Below, piece by piece: positions 28,837 through 38,459 of a stretch of DNA of 64,000 nucleotides. Source of the DNA: an uncultured Methanosarcinaceae archaeon. Lineage in GTDB: Archaea > Halobacteriota > Methanosarcinia > Methanosarcinales > Methanosarcinaceae. The notes below the pieces were generated by a model, which saw only the letters and a program-made list of their open reading frames with translations, ran no database searches and was not told the origin of the DNA. The stretch lies in the NCBI GenBank assembly GCA_963847185.1, contig CAWJYV010000010.1, positions 480,001 through 544,000 of the forward strand. The letters run 5' to 3'. Each line of letters opens with the position of its first letter. Within the stretch, counting starts at the first letter, position 1. The translations under genes were made by a program, and so were the position numbers.

Positions 28837-29895
28837 TTAGTCTTCATAAAAATCCTGTTTTACGTCAGTATACTCTCCTACAATAGGAATGCTCTCTCCG
28901 CACTTCGGACAGGTTTTCTCAGGTGTGACATCGTATTTTTCGATCTGCATATATCCCCGGGAAATTAACATTTTTCCACAGTTCGGGCAAAAAGTATTAT
29001 TGCGCTCGCTCCCTGGAACATTGCCCATATAGACATACTTTACTCCTTCCTCAGTTGCGATCTTACAGGCGTCTTGCATCGTTTTTACAGGAGTTGGGGA
29101 GAGGTTTTGCATCTGGTACTGGGGATGAAAGCGTGTAAAATGGAGAGGAGTTTCAGGCCCCAGATTATTATACACCCACTTTGAAAGTTCCCTTAGTTCG
29201 TCAGGGGAATCATTGACTCCAGGGATAATGAGAGTTGTAATTTCCACATGTATCCCCAGTGCTTTTGCAAGAGCAGAAGCCTCGAGTACAGGAGCCAGTT
29301 TTGCACTTGCAACATCGTGATAGAACTTTTCATTGAAAGCCTTGATATCTATATTAGCGGCATCTAAGTATGGTGCTATGTGTCGAAGGGCTTCAGGAGT
29401 CATGTATCCGTTTGTCACATAAACTGTTCCAAGCCCGGCATCTTTTGCCAGTTTTGCACACTCATATGTATATTCATGCCAGATTGTAGGCTCGTTATAT
29501 GTCCAGGCAATTGATCTAGAACGAGAGAGAAGCGCCCTTTCCACAAGTTCTTCAGGAAGTATATCCATTGTATAAGATTCTTCCAGGCAGGCCTGAGAAA
29601 TTGACCAGTTCTGGCAGTGTTTGCAGCGGAAGTTGCATCCTATTGACCCTACAGAATAAACATAAGAGCCAGGGTAAAAATGATACAATGGTTTTTTTTC
29701 TACAGGATCAACTGCCTCACTGGAAACAGTGCCGTATATGAGAGTGTACAGGTTCCCTTCCCTGTTTTCTCTGACCCCACAAAAACCTCTTTTACCTTGA
29801 GCAATTTTGCAACTCTGAGCACAGAGACTGCAGTGTACTCTATTGTTTTCAAGTTTCTCGTAAAACATCGCTTCTCTTATCACATCAATCCCCAT
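28837..29895 (-). CDS. amrS: AmmeMemoRadiSam system radical SAM enzyme
   Basis: DPVEKKPLYHF; GCNFRCKHCQN (CxxxCxxC); AWTYNEPTIW; C-terminal CPNC/CPKC. Confidence 0.9.
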   Translation of the reverse strand: MGIDVIREAMFYEKLENNRVHCSLCAQSCKIAQGKRGFCGVRENREGNLYTLIYGTVSSEAVDPVEKKPLYHFYPGSYVYSVGSIGCNFRCKHCQNWSISQACLEESYTMDILPEELVERALLSRSRSIAWTYNEPTIWHEYTYECAKLAKDAGLGTVYVTNGYMTPEALRHIAPYLDAANIDIKAFNEKFYHDVASAKLAPVLEASALAKALGIHVEITTLIIPGVNDSPDELRELSKWVYNNLGPETPLHFTRFHPQYQMQNLSPTPVKTMQDACKIATEEGVKYVYMGNVPGSERNNTFCPNCGKMLISRGYMQIEKYDVTPEKTCPKCGESIPIVGEYTDVKQDFYED

Positions 29896-29970
29896 TAAGA
29901 GATTGTTTTTCAGGGTAATAACGGTTGCTGTTTTAGATTTATCGAGTCTGATAAGAAAAAGGTATTCAAA

Positions 29971-30047
29971 GTAAGTAGAGTAATTATGCAGTAAGTAAGT
30001 AGAGTAATTATGCAGTAAGTAAGGAGGGTAATTATGCAGTAAGTAAG
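29971..30047. repeat. 24-bp tandem repeat x3
   Basis: GTAAGTAGAGTAATTATGCAGTAA at 29971 and 29995, variant at 30019. Confidence 0.9.
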
Positions 30048-30156
30048 AGAAAAGTAACTCAGAGCAAAAAGATGCTATTCAAGATATAAGAAAAGGAAAG
30101 AGAAAACTCCTTCCCTTTTGAGATTGGCTTTTTAAAGAATTTCTTCCTTTTTAGAA

Positions 30157-30813
30157 TTAGCTGAATAGAGATTTTAAAGCATTAATTAGTTTTTCAAAGA
30201 AACCGGAATTCTCTGATGTTTCTTTAATGTTCTCTTCCGTGAAATTACCTTTTTCGTTCATATCTTCAGGGCCTTTTTCGGGAATCTCACTCATGTTCAT
30301 TGTTGCATTTCCATCTCTGGGTGGCTGACTCCTGTTAGTCGTCATTTCAGGGCGTCTATCTGACCCATTTTCAAAGCCCTGGGAGAGGTTTTCAGTTCCA
30401 TTCTGCATACCCGACCCCTGAGTACCTGGCCCTGGACCCATAGCCTGAGGGAGAATATTTTTAATTTCTTCTGGGGCTGTAGCAAATAGATTATCAAGTT
30501 CCTTTTTTATCGTGAGAAGGTCTTCTTGACTTTCGACATCTGAGATCTCTTCTTTTATTGATTCAAGATCAGTTATAAGCTGCTCGGCGTCTTCCAGAGA
30601 TTCATCATCAAGGTCTTCTTTTGAGTTTTCCAGGGTTTCTATAGTTTCATTGACCATTTTTGTCATTTGAGTCTTCATTTGATCAAAGGATTCCTCCGAC
30701 GCAGGTGAAGGAGGTACTTTTTGATCTTCAGCAAATGCACAGTAGGGAATTATACTGAATAATGTTAATAAAGTAAGAAAAATAGGAATTATTTTTTTAG
30801 TGAAAATTTCCAT
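30157..30813 (-). CDS. secreted acidic helical protein
   Basis: Signal peptide (AFA/ED); acidic helical domain; MGPGPG linker; amphipathic C-terminus GFFEKLINALKSLFS. Confidence 0.8.
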   Translation of the reverse strand: MEIFTKKIIPIFLTLLTLFSIIPYCAFAEDQKVPPSPASEESFDQMKTQMTKMVNETIETLENSKEDLDDESLEDAEQLITDLESIKEEISDVESQEDLLTIKKELDNLFATAPEEIKNILPQAMGPGPGTQGSGMQNGTENLSQGFENGSDRRPEMTTNRSQPPRDGNATMNMSEIPEKGPEDMNEKGNFTEENIKETSENSGFFEKLINALKSLFS

Positions 30814-30991
30814 GTTACTTCACCCTTCTAAATAGAAAATTCAGATAAAAGTTTAATCTGATAAGGTATTTGTCAATAAATTTATATTGAAAAGAGATGG
30901 GAAAAATATTTCATTGATATCATCCCCTTTTCTCTCCCACCTCATTCTAATCCAGCGTTTAAATATTTTAAGAGTTCCTCAATACTGCTAT

Positions 30992-31921
30992 TTACTCAGT
31001 ACTGTTATCGGAACTACCATCCTGCACTCTGCCAGGGCCGCAGGGACAGTCAAATCCCCCACGTCCTCCATGATGCATCGGATTTTGTCTGTCCATACAA
31101 GAACCCATGTCAGGACCCATCCCAGGCGTTCCCTGTGAAGAGGACATAATCTCTTTGAGATCTGCCAGAGATTCGGCTCCATTGATTTCTTCGATCAGAG
31201 TGTTAAGTTCTGTAATTCTGTCGTTGAGTTCTGTGACATTCTCATTGGTATCATCAGTCGCGTTTTCACTCTCACTTACTTTAGCCTCAAGATGTTCAAT
31301 TTTATTTTCAATTGAATCAACAGCCTGAGCCTGCATGTAGGTAATCACAATTTCTTGCAGCTCTGCTGCACTGGAAGCTTCACTCACATTGGTGGATAAG
31401 CCTTCAAGCTCAGTTATTTGTTCATTGAGCATTTCAGTCATGTTTTCATCAGTTGTGTTTTCCAGCTGTCCGTTAAGCATTTCAGTAATATTCCCAATGG
31501 AACTAACTATTTCTGTCTGGACATCTGTGTAATTGTCATCAGTTACATTTTCAACCTGATCGAGGCAGAATAACCCATGCATCCCGGCATGGCCCATATT
31601 CTTCTCGCCTGGGCCCATGTTCATTCCACGGGGGCCCATGCACTCATTTGCAGGTTTTTGACTGGACAAAACCTCCTGGAGGTCGGAAGCATTGGACGCT
31701 TCGCTTACATTATTATAGAAGCTTTGAAGTTCAGCAATTCTCTCACTGATAGAATCGAGTATATTTGTTTGAACATCAATGAAATTTTCTTCAGTTATGT
31801 TGCATGCAGGAGCAATTTTTGGATTGTTTTCTGCAGCAAAAGCTCCTGAAGGAAAGATGCATAAAACCATCAACACTACCGCAAAACGGGAAAATGATTT
31901 TAGTGACTTTATTCTCATCAT
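30992..31921 (-). CDS. secreted acidic repeat protein with Met/His/Cys-rich linkers
   Basis: GGAGG RBS; signal peptide (GAFA/AE); internal helical repeats; MGPRGMNMGPGEKNMGHAGMHG and MHHGGRGGFDCPC segments. Confidence 0.82.
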   Translation of the reverse strand: MMRIKSLKSFSRFAVVLMVLCIFPSGAFAAENNPKIAPACNITEENFIDVQTNILDSISERIAELQSFYNNVSEASNASDLQEVLSSQKPANECMGPRGMNMGPGEKNMGHAGMHGLFCLDQVENVTDDNYTDVQTEIVSSIGNITEMLNGQLENTTDENMTEMLNEQITELEGLSTNVSEASSAAELQEIVITYMQAQAVDSIENKIEHLEAKVSESENATDDTNENVTELNDRITELNTLIEEINGAESLADLKEIMSSSQGTPGMGPDMGSCMDRQNPMHHGGRGGFDCPCGPGRVQDGSSDNSTE

Positions 31922-32738
31922 GTACCTCCGTTATTACTGTACATTGTTATTTTTGCCTTGCAGGCCATTCACCTGCTGACAGTCTTGAATTGTGCTGGCT
32001 TAAATATAAGCTTACTTTCCTAAATAAAGAAGCTAAATCAATTAGATTTCAAAAATAAACTTTTTTCACGATTTATTGTGATAATAAACCTTAAATAAGA
32101 CAATTAATGCTTATTAGAACCATTAAATCCCATATTTTAAAACAGAAGAGACGTGTCCATTTATTATCGCAGAATCTCAGGATGAGGCAACTTAAAATTC
32201 AGCAAGCTATATTTAATATTTTAATATATTTATTAAGTTTCGTTAAGGTACTACTTAAACTCCCTCAGAGTGGCTTTTAAATTACTAAAGATATTCCAAG
32301 TCCTTACATAGTCTCCAAAATTCTTTCAATTCAAGACAATCGAAAGTAAGTAAAAGACATCTAAAGTTAATAAAAATTAGTTAATAAAAAGTTGAAACTG
32401 AGACACTAGTTCCCGGTATGTGATTTTAGAGGAGAACAGGATGTTAAAAATAAGAATTTAAGGGTCATAAAGGATTAAATCTGGAAAAAATCCCTATTAA
32501 AGCATGAATAAGAAATTTAATCCTTCTATCCAACTGAAAAAGTAAGTATACTTTTATCTTTAAATTCCGATACAGAATCTTCAGTCAGGAATACATTGCT
32601 AGTCCATCCACCAAAATAAAACTTTAAACAGTGCGGTCTCGTACCGTAATATGTAAAGACAGCAATAGATAGTAAAAATATTGAAGAAATCGCATCATAC
32701 AAAGGCCTGCATATCAGTTCGATGTATTCCTGACTATC

Positions 32739-32847
32739 TTCATCTCTAGAATTCAGCTATAGAATTCATCTTTAGAGTTCAGCTATAGAATTCATCTTTA
32801 GAGTTCAGCTATAGAATTCATTTTTAGAGTTCAGCTATAGAATTCAG
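32739..32847. repeat. 26-bp tandem repeat x4 (a dimer of related 13-mers)
   Basis: TTCATCTTTAGAGTTCAGCTATAGAA at 32739, 32765, 32791 and 32817; no spacers. Confidence 0.92.
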
Positions 32848-32910
32848 TTTAAGAGATATGAAATACATATCTAAAAGTACAAATATCTAAAAATTATGAA
32901 AGGGATAAAA

Positions 32911-33302
32911 ATGCCTGATAACCGGAGGAAAAACTGCTGATCCTCCAGCTTTCCGAAGATTCCAGGAAAATTGCCCGGTTACTTTCAAATGAGACCTCAA
33001 TCAAAATTCTCAAACTGCTTGGAAAGAGGCCGATGTCCGCAGGAGATCTTGCAGACGAGCTTGAAACACGCCTGAATACTCTCAAATACAATCTTGACTC
33101 ACTTCTCGAAACTGGACTTATTAAAGTGAGGCAGGTAAAATGGAGTAGAAAAGGCAGGGAAATAAAGATTTACGAGGCAGTGGAAAAGGTGATTATTCTT
33201 CTTCCAGGGAAGAAGGATACGGAAACTTCTTTTATGTTAATGAAGTTGTGGCAGAATAGCCCTGAGAGTTTAGAAGGGCAAACAATTCCGGAATTGTCGT
33301 GA
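32911..33302 (+). CDS. ArsR-like winged-HTH regulator; apparent 1-nt deletion near codon 4
   Basis: ATG CCT GAT AA- CCG GAG GAA AAA CTG continues as EEKLLILQLSEDSRKIARLLSNETSIKILKLLGKRPMSAGDLADEL..LNTLKYNLDSLLETGLIKV..WSRKGRE. Confidence 0.8.
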
Positions 33303-33456
33303 AATTTATCACAAATCAAAATTTTTGCGACAATTTTATCACTTTAGAGTATCATTAGAGTATCATTTTAGAGAAAGCAATTCAAAATTCACCAAATATT
33401 AAATACATGAATCCAGAGAAAATGTACAGTCCAGAATTAAACTCTTTGAATAGGAT

Positions 33457-34578
33457 GTGGCCCGTATGAAAATCAAGTTTTTGTCCCTGCTCCTCATATT
33501 TGCAGGAATTATCCTGATCTCAGGCTGTGTTGATAGGGAAGCTCAGCTCTCTGATTACAAAGCTTCAGGCGATCCTTACATACACAATCTAGAAAGGATC
33601 ATCTTTTATCCCTATTCTGGACTTTTGAATTGTGAAGGCCCTGAGTTGCCGGATCATCCTCACGACCTACTTCAAGGAGGGCCTGATCAGGACCCTGAGG
33701 GTACCCAGAATCTGATAGCTGCAAAGTCCCTTCTGGACAGGAATATAGATAAAGCGGAAAACATTTCTACGCGGCTTGAAGAAGGAATTCAGAATTTAAA
33801 AGCAGAGGGAGAGGACGTTAGCAGACTTGAAGCCTTATTTGAAGAATACGAACTTCATATAGATGAAGCAAAGAAATATAGAGCTCTCGCAGATACAGCT
33901 GCTGAAGAAAAGAATAACATCTCAGTCGCAGATTCAGAATACACTTTATGTGAAAACACAGAAAGGGAGTATTTAATCGAATCTCAGAAAAGTATGATTC
34001 AAGCTGACCATGTCCTGAAAAAAATTTTCTACGAGTTCCAGAGTACGATGTCTGGAAGCGAAGAGCTCAACAATACATCCCAACTAAACGCTTCAGGTGA
34101 AGGAAGAGCCCTTCTCACTGGCGAGTTTGCCCTTAGTATTCACCTTGAAAATGGAGTAATAATTATACCCGAGATTTCTCCTGATTCCGAGATAGATATA
34201 AAAGGAGACTATACGTTTAAGGAAGAGAAAACAGAAATGCAGGATGAAGTGCTCGTGTACAATATACAATCTGCTGACGTAAAAATCTCTGGATCCCATA
34301 AAACGGTAATGATAGGTGGTAATAACATTACTGTTACTGCAGATGGAGCAGGATATTTGAACTTCATAGGGAATGGCACATATAGTATTGAGGATGCAGG
34401 GGAAACAATAAAAGAAGGAAAAAAATGGGGAATCTCTTTATTTGATGAAAAGGGTCCCGAAAAACACGGAATTGATGGAAAGGATCATGAAACGGAAACC
34501 GGACACAAAACAGGGATTAATATTGCTGGAGAGAATAGAGTTGGTCCGGACACAGGGAACAAAAGAAGTTTTATTTGA
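33457..34578 (+). CDS. putative lipoprotein (coiled-coil plus beta-rich domain)
   Basis: Lipobox-like ILISG/C after a hydrophobic signal; helical then Gly-rich beta segments. Confidence 0.75.
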   Translation: MARMKIKFLSLLLIFAGIILISGCVDREAQLSDYKASGDPYIHNLERIIFYPYSGLLNCEGPELPDHPHDLLQGGPDQDPEGTQNLIAAKSLLDRNIDKAENISTRLEEGIQNLKAEGEDVSRLEALFEEYELHIDEAKKYRALADTAAEEKNNISVADSEYTLCENTEREYLIESQKSMIQADHVLKKIFYEFQSTMSGSEELNNTSQLNASGEGRALLTGEFALSIHLENGVIIIPEISPDSEIDIKGDYTFKEEKTEMQDEVLVYNIQSADVKISGSHKTVMIGGNNITVTADGAGYLNFIGNGTYSIEDAGETIKEGKKWGISLFDEKGPEKHGIDGKDHETETGHKTGINIAGENRVGPDTGNKRSFI

Positions 34579-34668
34579 GATAAACTATAAACTTTCACGA
34601 AAAAAATAATAAGAATATAAATTCCCTGGAAGAATAGCATACTTCAAACTGCAACTCTGGATTTACTG

Positions 34669-35861
34669 ATGAAAATGAATCTGAGGTTATACATTATTTG
34701 CATTGCTACTGTACTCGCCTTAGTTACACCTTCTCTAGCAGACAGCAACTACACTGCTACAGTTCACGGGGGAGTTTACGAAAGTGATACATTCAAACCC
34801 CTGGAAAACGCCATAGTTGAGGTAAACTCCACACCTTCCCAATCAATGGTGGCGAAAATTGGCGTGTATTCCTTTGAACTGGCACCCGGAGACTACTCAA
34901 TTACAGCCAAGTATTCCCAGAATGGTACTCTCCTTTATTCGGGAGGAGAAATTGTCAACATTAAAGAAGAAGGAAGTTATGTGAAAGATCTCCTGCTCTT
35001 TCCCATTTATTCCGAGACTCTAATGGACAGTTCTGCAGTTAATGCTTCCGAAAGCATAACAGATACAATGAATAACTCCGATAGTGCCAGTAAAACTGAA
35101 GGAAGCGAAATCGATTCTTCGACCGTAAATTTCCTTTTAATAGCCTTCGCACTTATGATCCTGCTTACAGGTGGCTACCAGTTTTCCAGAAAGCACAAAA
35201 AAGAGGAAAAAGGTACATCTCAGGAATCAAAAGCCGGGTATTTAACCGGATCTTCCTCAAGCCCTGTAAGATACCCGAACTAGACCCGAAATTTCGGAGA
35301 GAGTCCCGAATAAAAGCATTGAGCCTGAAACGTGGCAGATCCCCCAGACAAATCCCGAAGAATCAGTATCCGTAAAAAAGCCAGTAGCAGAACTTGATTC
35401 ACGAACTGTGGTAACAGGGCAGGTAGCAGAACCGGAGTCCAAAATATCCGTAAAAGAGATAGAAGCACGAACCAAAAATCCCGGAGAAAAGAGCGCCTGC
35501 GGAAAGGGAAGAGGAATATCTGGCGCAGGATGAAGAACTTGCAGGACCTGAAACAGAAGATAACGAAATAATTGTTCTTGAAAAAGCTGAAGATAATCCG
35601 GAGATTAAAATTCCTGTTCAGGAAATCGAAGTTCCTGCAGCTCCCAAAAAGAAACTCCCTCTTCCTTCAGACCTTCAGGAAGTCATGGATATAATCCGGG
35701 GCCAGGGAGGCCGGATTACCCAGAAAGACCTTCGAAGCAAGCTGCGGTATTCTGAAGGAAAAGTCAGCCTCATGCTTGCAGATCTCGAAAGGAGAGAACT
35801 TATCGAGAAGTTTAAGCGGGGACGTGGAAACGTTATAATTGTGAAAGATGAGGAACGCTAA
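34669..35861 (+). CDS. membrane-anchored regulator: extracellular carboxypeptidase-regulatory-like domain, TM, acidic linker, C-terminal winged HTH; split by two +1 frameshifts
   Basis: Signal peptide; ATVHG..PLENAIVEV..YSFELAPGDYSITA; TM FLLIAFALMILLTGG; after shifts near 35265 and 35490 reads LPSDLQEVMDIIRGQGGRITQKDLRSKLRYSEGKVSLMLADLERRELIEKFKRGRGNVIIVKDEER* (TAA 35859-35861). Confidence 0.78.
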
Positions 35862-36051
35862 CTCAGGAGCTGGCACTCCTTATCTTTTCTCATCTTATTT
35901 TTTCAGATTTACATATACTTATAACTCTGAATTATTGATAACTGTGCAATAGCCGGATAATTTACCAATGTACTTGATAACTCTGATCTTTATTTACCCG
36001 ATGCTCTAATTTTCCTGTTTCCAGGATCTCATCCATAGACTATTAGTTGTC

Positions 36052-36330
36052 TTAGAGAACTTCACACTCTTTCATTTCCTCATCTTTTTTGAAGAAGTTC
36101 TTTGTGGTACATACTATCCATCTCCAGTGAAGTGCGATGTGGATAATAAAGAAGACCACCATAAGGAGTCCAACCTTATCATGAATCAATCTCAATAAGT
36201 AGCCTGCAGCACGGTGGTTGAAATACATTACAAGACCCGAATAACCAACCAGGATAAATTGAATGAAAAGTGCCAGGTCTACGAGATAGTTCAGTTTTAT
36301 TCTTTTCATTTTTTCACTCCATTTTAACAT
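36052..36330 (-). CDS. DUF4405-like small two-TM protein with His residues (cytochrome b-like)
   Basis: LNYLVDLALF...YSGL; IHDKVGLL...HIALHWRW. Confidence 0.8.
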   Translation of the reverse strand: MLKWSEKMKRIKLNYLVDLALFIQFILVGYSGLVMYFNHRAAGYLLRLIHDKVGLLMVVFFIIHIALHWRWIVCTTKNFFKKDEEMKECEVL

Positions 36331-36680
36331 TTACACCCTTATTTTCGTAAGATTATCAATTTTAGTTCATTAGATTGAGCTTCATTTTATTGATTTTCTT
36401 TATAAGAGATCTACATCCGCGGTAGATCTACATTCGCGGTTATACTGCTTTCAATATTACCGCTGTACAAATCTTAATTACCGCTGTACAACTCTTAATT
36501 GCCAGAGAAAGAAATAAAGATACTTGCAAAAAAATAGTGGCCAAAATAGACTTATTTTAAATTTGAAGCTTAATTAATCCATTTGATTTAAAATAAAACT
36601 TAAAAGTAGAGTTTAATTCTTAATCTAATTATTTTTTACCTTTATTCATCCAATTGCCTCAAAGATAAGAGCCATATAAG

Positions 36681-36839
36681 CGGATTTATACGGAAAGGTC
36701 TCCGCAGCAGGCTAAAAGCCCTCAAAAAACCATTCAAATAAAAGGATAACCTCACGATTGTTTACCTTTAGAGAAGAAGAATAAAGGAGAGGTTGAATGG
36801 GGATAGAATGTTCTGATCCTGAAAGATGAGGGGAGCTAA
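36681..36839 (+). pseudogene. degenerate copy of the wHTH-coding 3' end of gene 34669-35861
   Basis: cggaaaggtctccgcagcaggct resembles cagaaagaccttcgaagcaagct; ends NVLILKDEGS* versus NVIIVKDEER*. Confidence 0.6.
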
Positions 36840-36953
36840 TTCAGAACTTTCCATCCCTCATTTTTTGTCAATTTGTAGATCCTGGTAATTCTGCACGTCC
36901 TGATAATTTAAAATATACACAAGAACTATGAATTTTCCTGATTTCTACTGATC

Positions 36954-37235
36954 TTAATCCACAGGCATATAGTTCGCTTCTATAACTTCACCCTTTTTCA
37001 TTTCTCTTCCGCCTCTGAGGAGGTTCTTTGTAGTATATACCATCCATCTCCAGTGGAGTACAACATGAGCAACAAAGAAGACCAACATCAAGATCCCAAG
37101 CTGCTCATGGATTAACTTCCAGAATTGGGATACACCGTGACCATTGAAAAGCAATAAAATACCTGAATAACCAACCAGGGCGAATTGAACGAAGAGCGCA
37201 AGGTCAACAAAATAGTTGAGTTTTAATTTATTCAT
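36954..37235 (-). CDS. DUF4405-like small two-TM protein, paralog of 36052-36330
   Basis: LKLNYFVDLALFVQFALVGYSG; IHEQLG...HVVLHWRW. Confidence 0.8.
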   Translation of the reverse strand: MNKLKLNYFVDLALFVQFALVGYSGILLLFNGHGVSQFWKLIHEQLGILMLVFFVAHVVLHWRWMVYTTKNLLRGGREMKKGEVIEANYMPVD

Positions 37236-37557
37236 TTCTTCACTCCATTGTAACTTTTACATCTTGTAGAATCATTATTTCAGTTAAGTTTTGAATTGTA
37301 TTTGATTGATTTTTACTTCATAAGCCATTACCGTCGCGGCTATGCTGCTTTCAAATTTACCGCCGTACATGCCCTTAATTGCCAGAAAAAGAGATAAATA
37401 TGCTTACAAAAAATAATGGGTTAAAGAGATTTATTTTAAATTTAAGGACATATTAAAGCATATTTAGAAATATAATCTTTTATTACAGGATTTAACACTT
37501 AACCTGCTTATTTTTAACCTTTATTTGGCCAAGTACTAACAAAATCGTAGTTTGTAG

Positions 37558-37680
37558 CGTGATTTCCAGAAAAGATCTGCACAGCAGGCCGGAGCGCTCC
37601 AGGGAGAAGAAATTTAGTGCCTATAGACCTTGTAGAAAAAGAAAGCTAAAAAAGAAGTTTAAAAGTGATGCGGAAATGTG
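37558..37680 (+). pseudogene. third, more decayed copy of the wHTH-coding tail
   Basis: gatttccagaaaagatctgcacagcaggc and agaagtttaa...ggaaatgt align with 35714-35835. Confidence 0.45.
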
Positions 37681-38459
37681 TCGTCACCTGATTCTCCACT
37701 GAAGGCTGAGATTTCCTTTCCGTATTAAGATCCAAACATCAAGCGCGTTGTCATCTGAAGATGAAAAGGTAATAATTTCCATCAGAAGTGATAAAAGCAA
37801 AATGGACCGAACTGAAATGACCATCTAAAGTGTACAACGGTGATCCACGAGGATGTATCAAAATAGCGTTTAAAGGCAGAATTTTCATACACTTTTGCAC
37901 GTATATGTTTCAACATTAATTGAATTTCAGTTTCAGAAAAATAATCATGTGACGATAGATATAGTAAAGGGGTCAGTAAAGAAGGACATATAGAGAGCCT
38001 TGGAACGTGAATTAGAAAATGGATTTATGAGTCGGAAAACTGCGGACTTTATACAGGATTGCGCCAGACTATTTTTCTTACTTCCTCATTCCTATTAAAC
38101 TTTTACAAATAAATCGTGATAAGTAATTCCAGCTTATAAGTATCTCCTGCTGTTTTTGTTATGAGTTCTGGAAAAAAATCTTGCCCCTTAAGTCAAGTTG
38201 ATTACTGAAACTGGACTGAAAGGCTAAAAAATAATATATTAATCCCGGTTTTGTCGATAAAAGAGGCTCTTAATGGAAGTCTGGATGACGTTTTGAAGAA
38301 ACTCTTGGGGAAATAATACTTTATTGAGACCCTATTTGCTGTTTAAAGGGTGATTAAAGAGTAAATTGTATAAATAAAATCTGGAAAAGTTTCCCTGCTA
38401 AATTAATTCCATATATTCCCTGTTTTTAGCTAAGTATGCTTTTATTATTAAATACCAAT

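Noticed and set aside
32739-32847. CRISPR array (also considered for 29971-30047 and 23607-23685)
   Set aside because: Units are head-to-tail or nearly so, with no unique spacers, and there are no cas genes in the window
35281-35311. Pyrrolysine (UAG) readthrough of ORF 34669-35283, plausible in Methanosarcina
   Set aside because: The same frame hits TAA nine codons later; the coding sequence continues in a different frame, so it is a frameshift, not amber readthrough
37700-38100. Possible decayed copy of the N-terminal part of gene 34669
   Set aside because: Similarity by eye is too weak to support without an alignment
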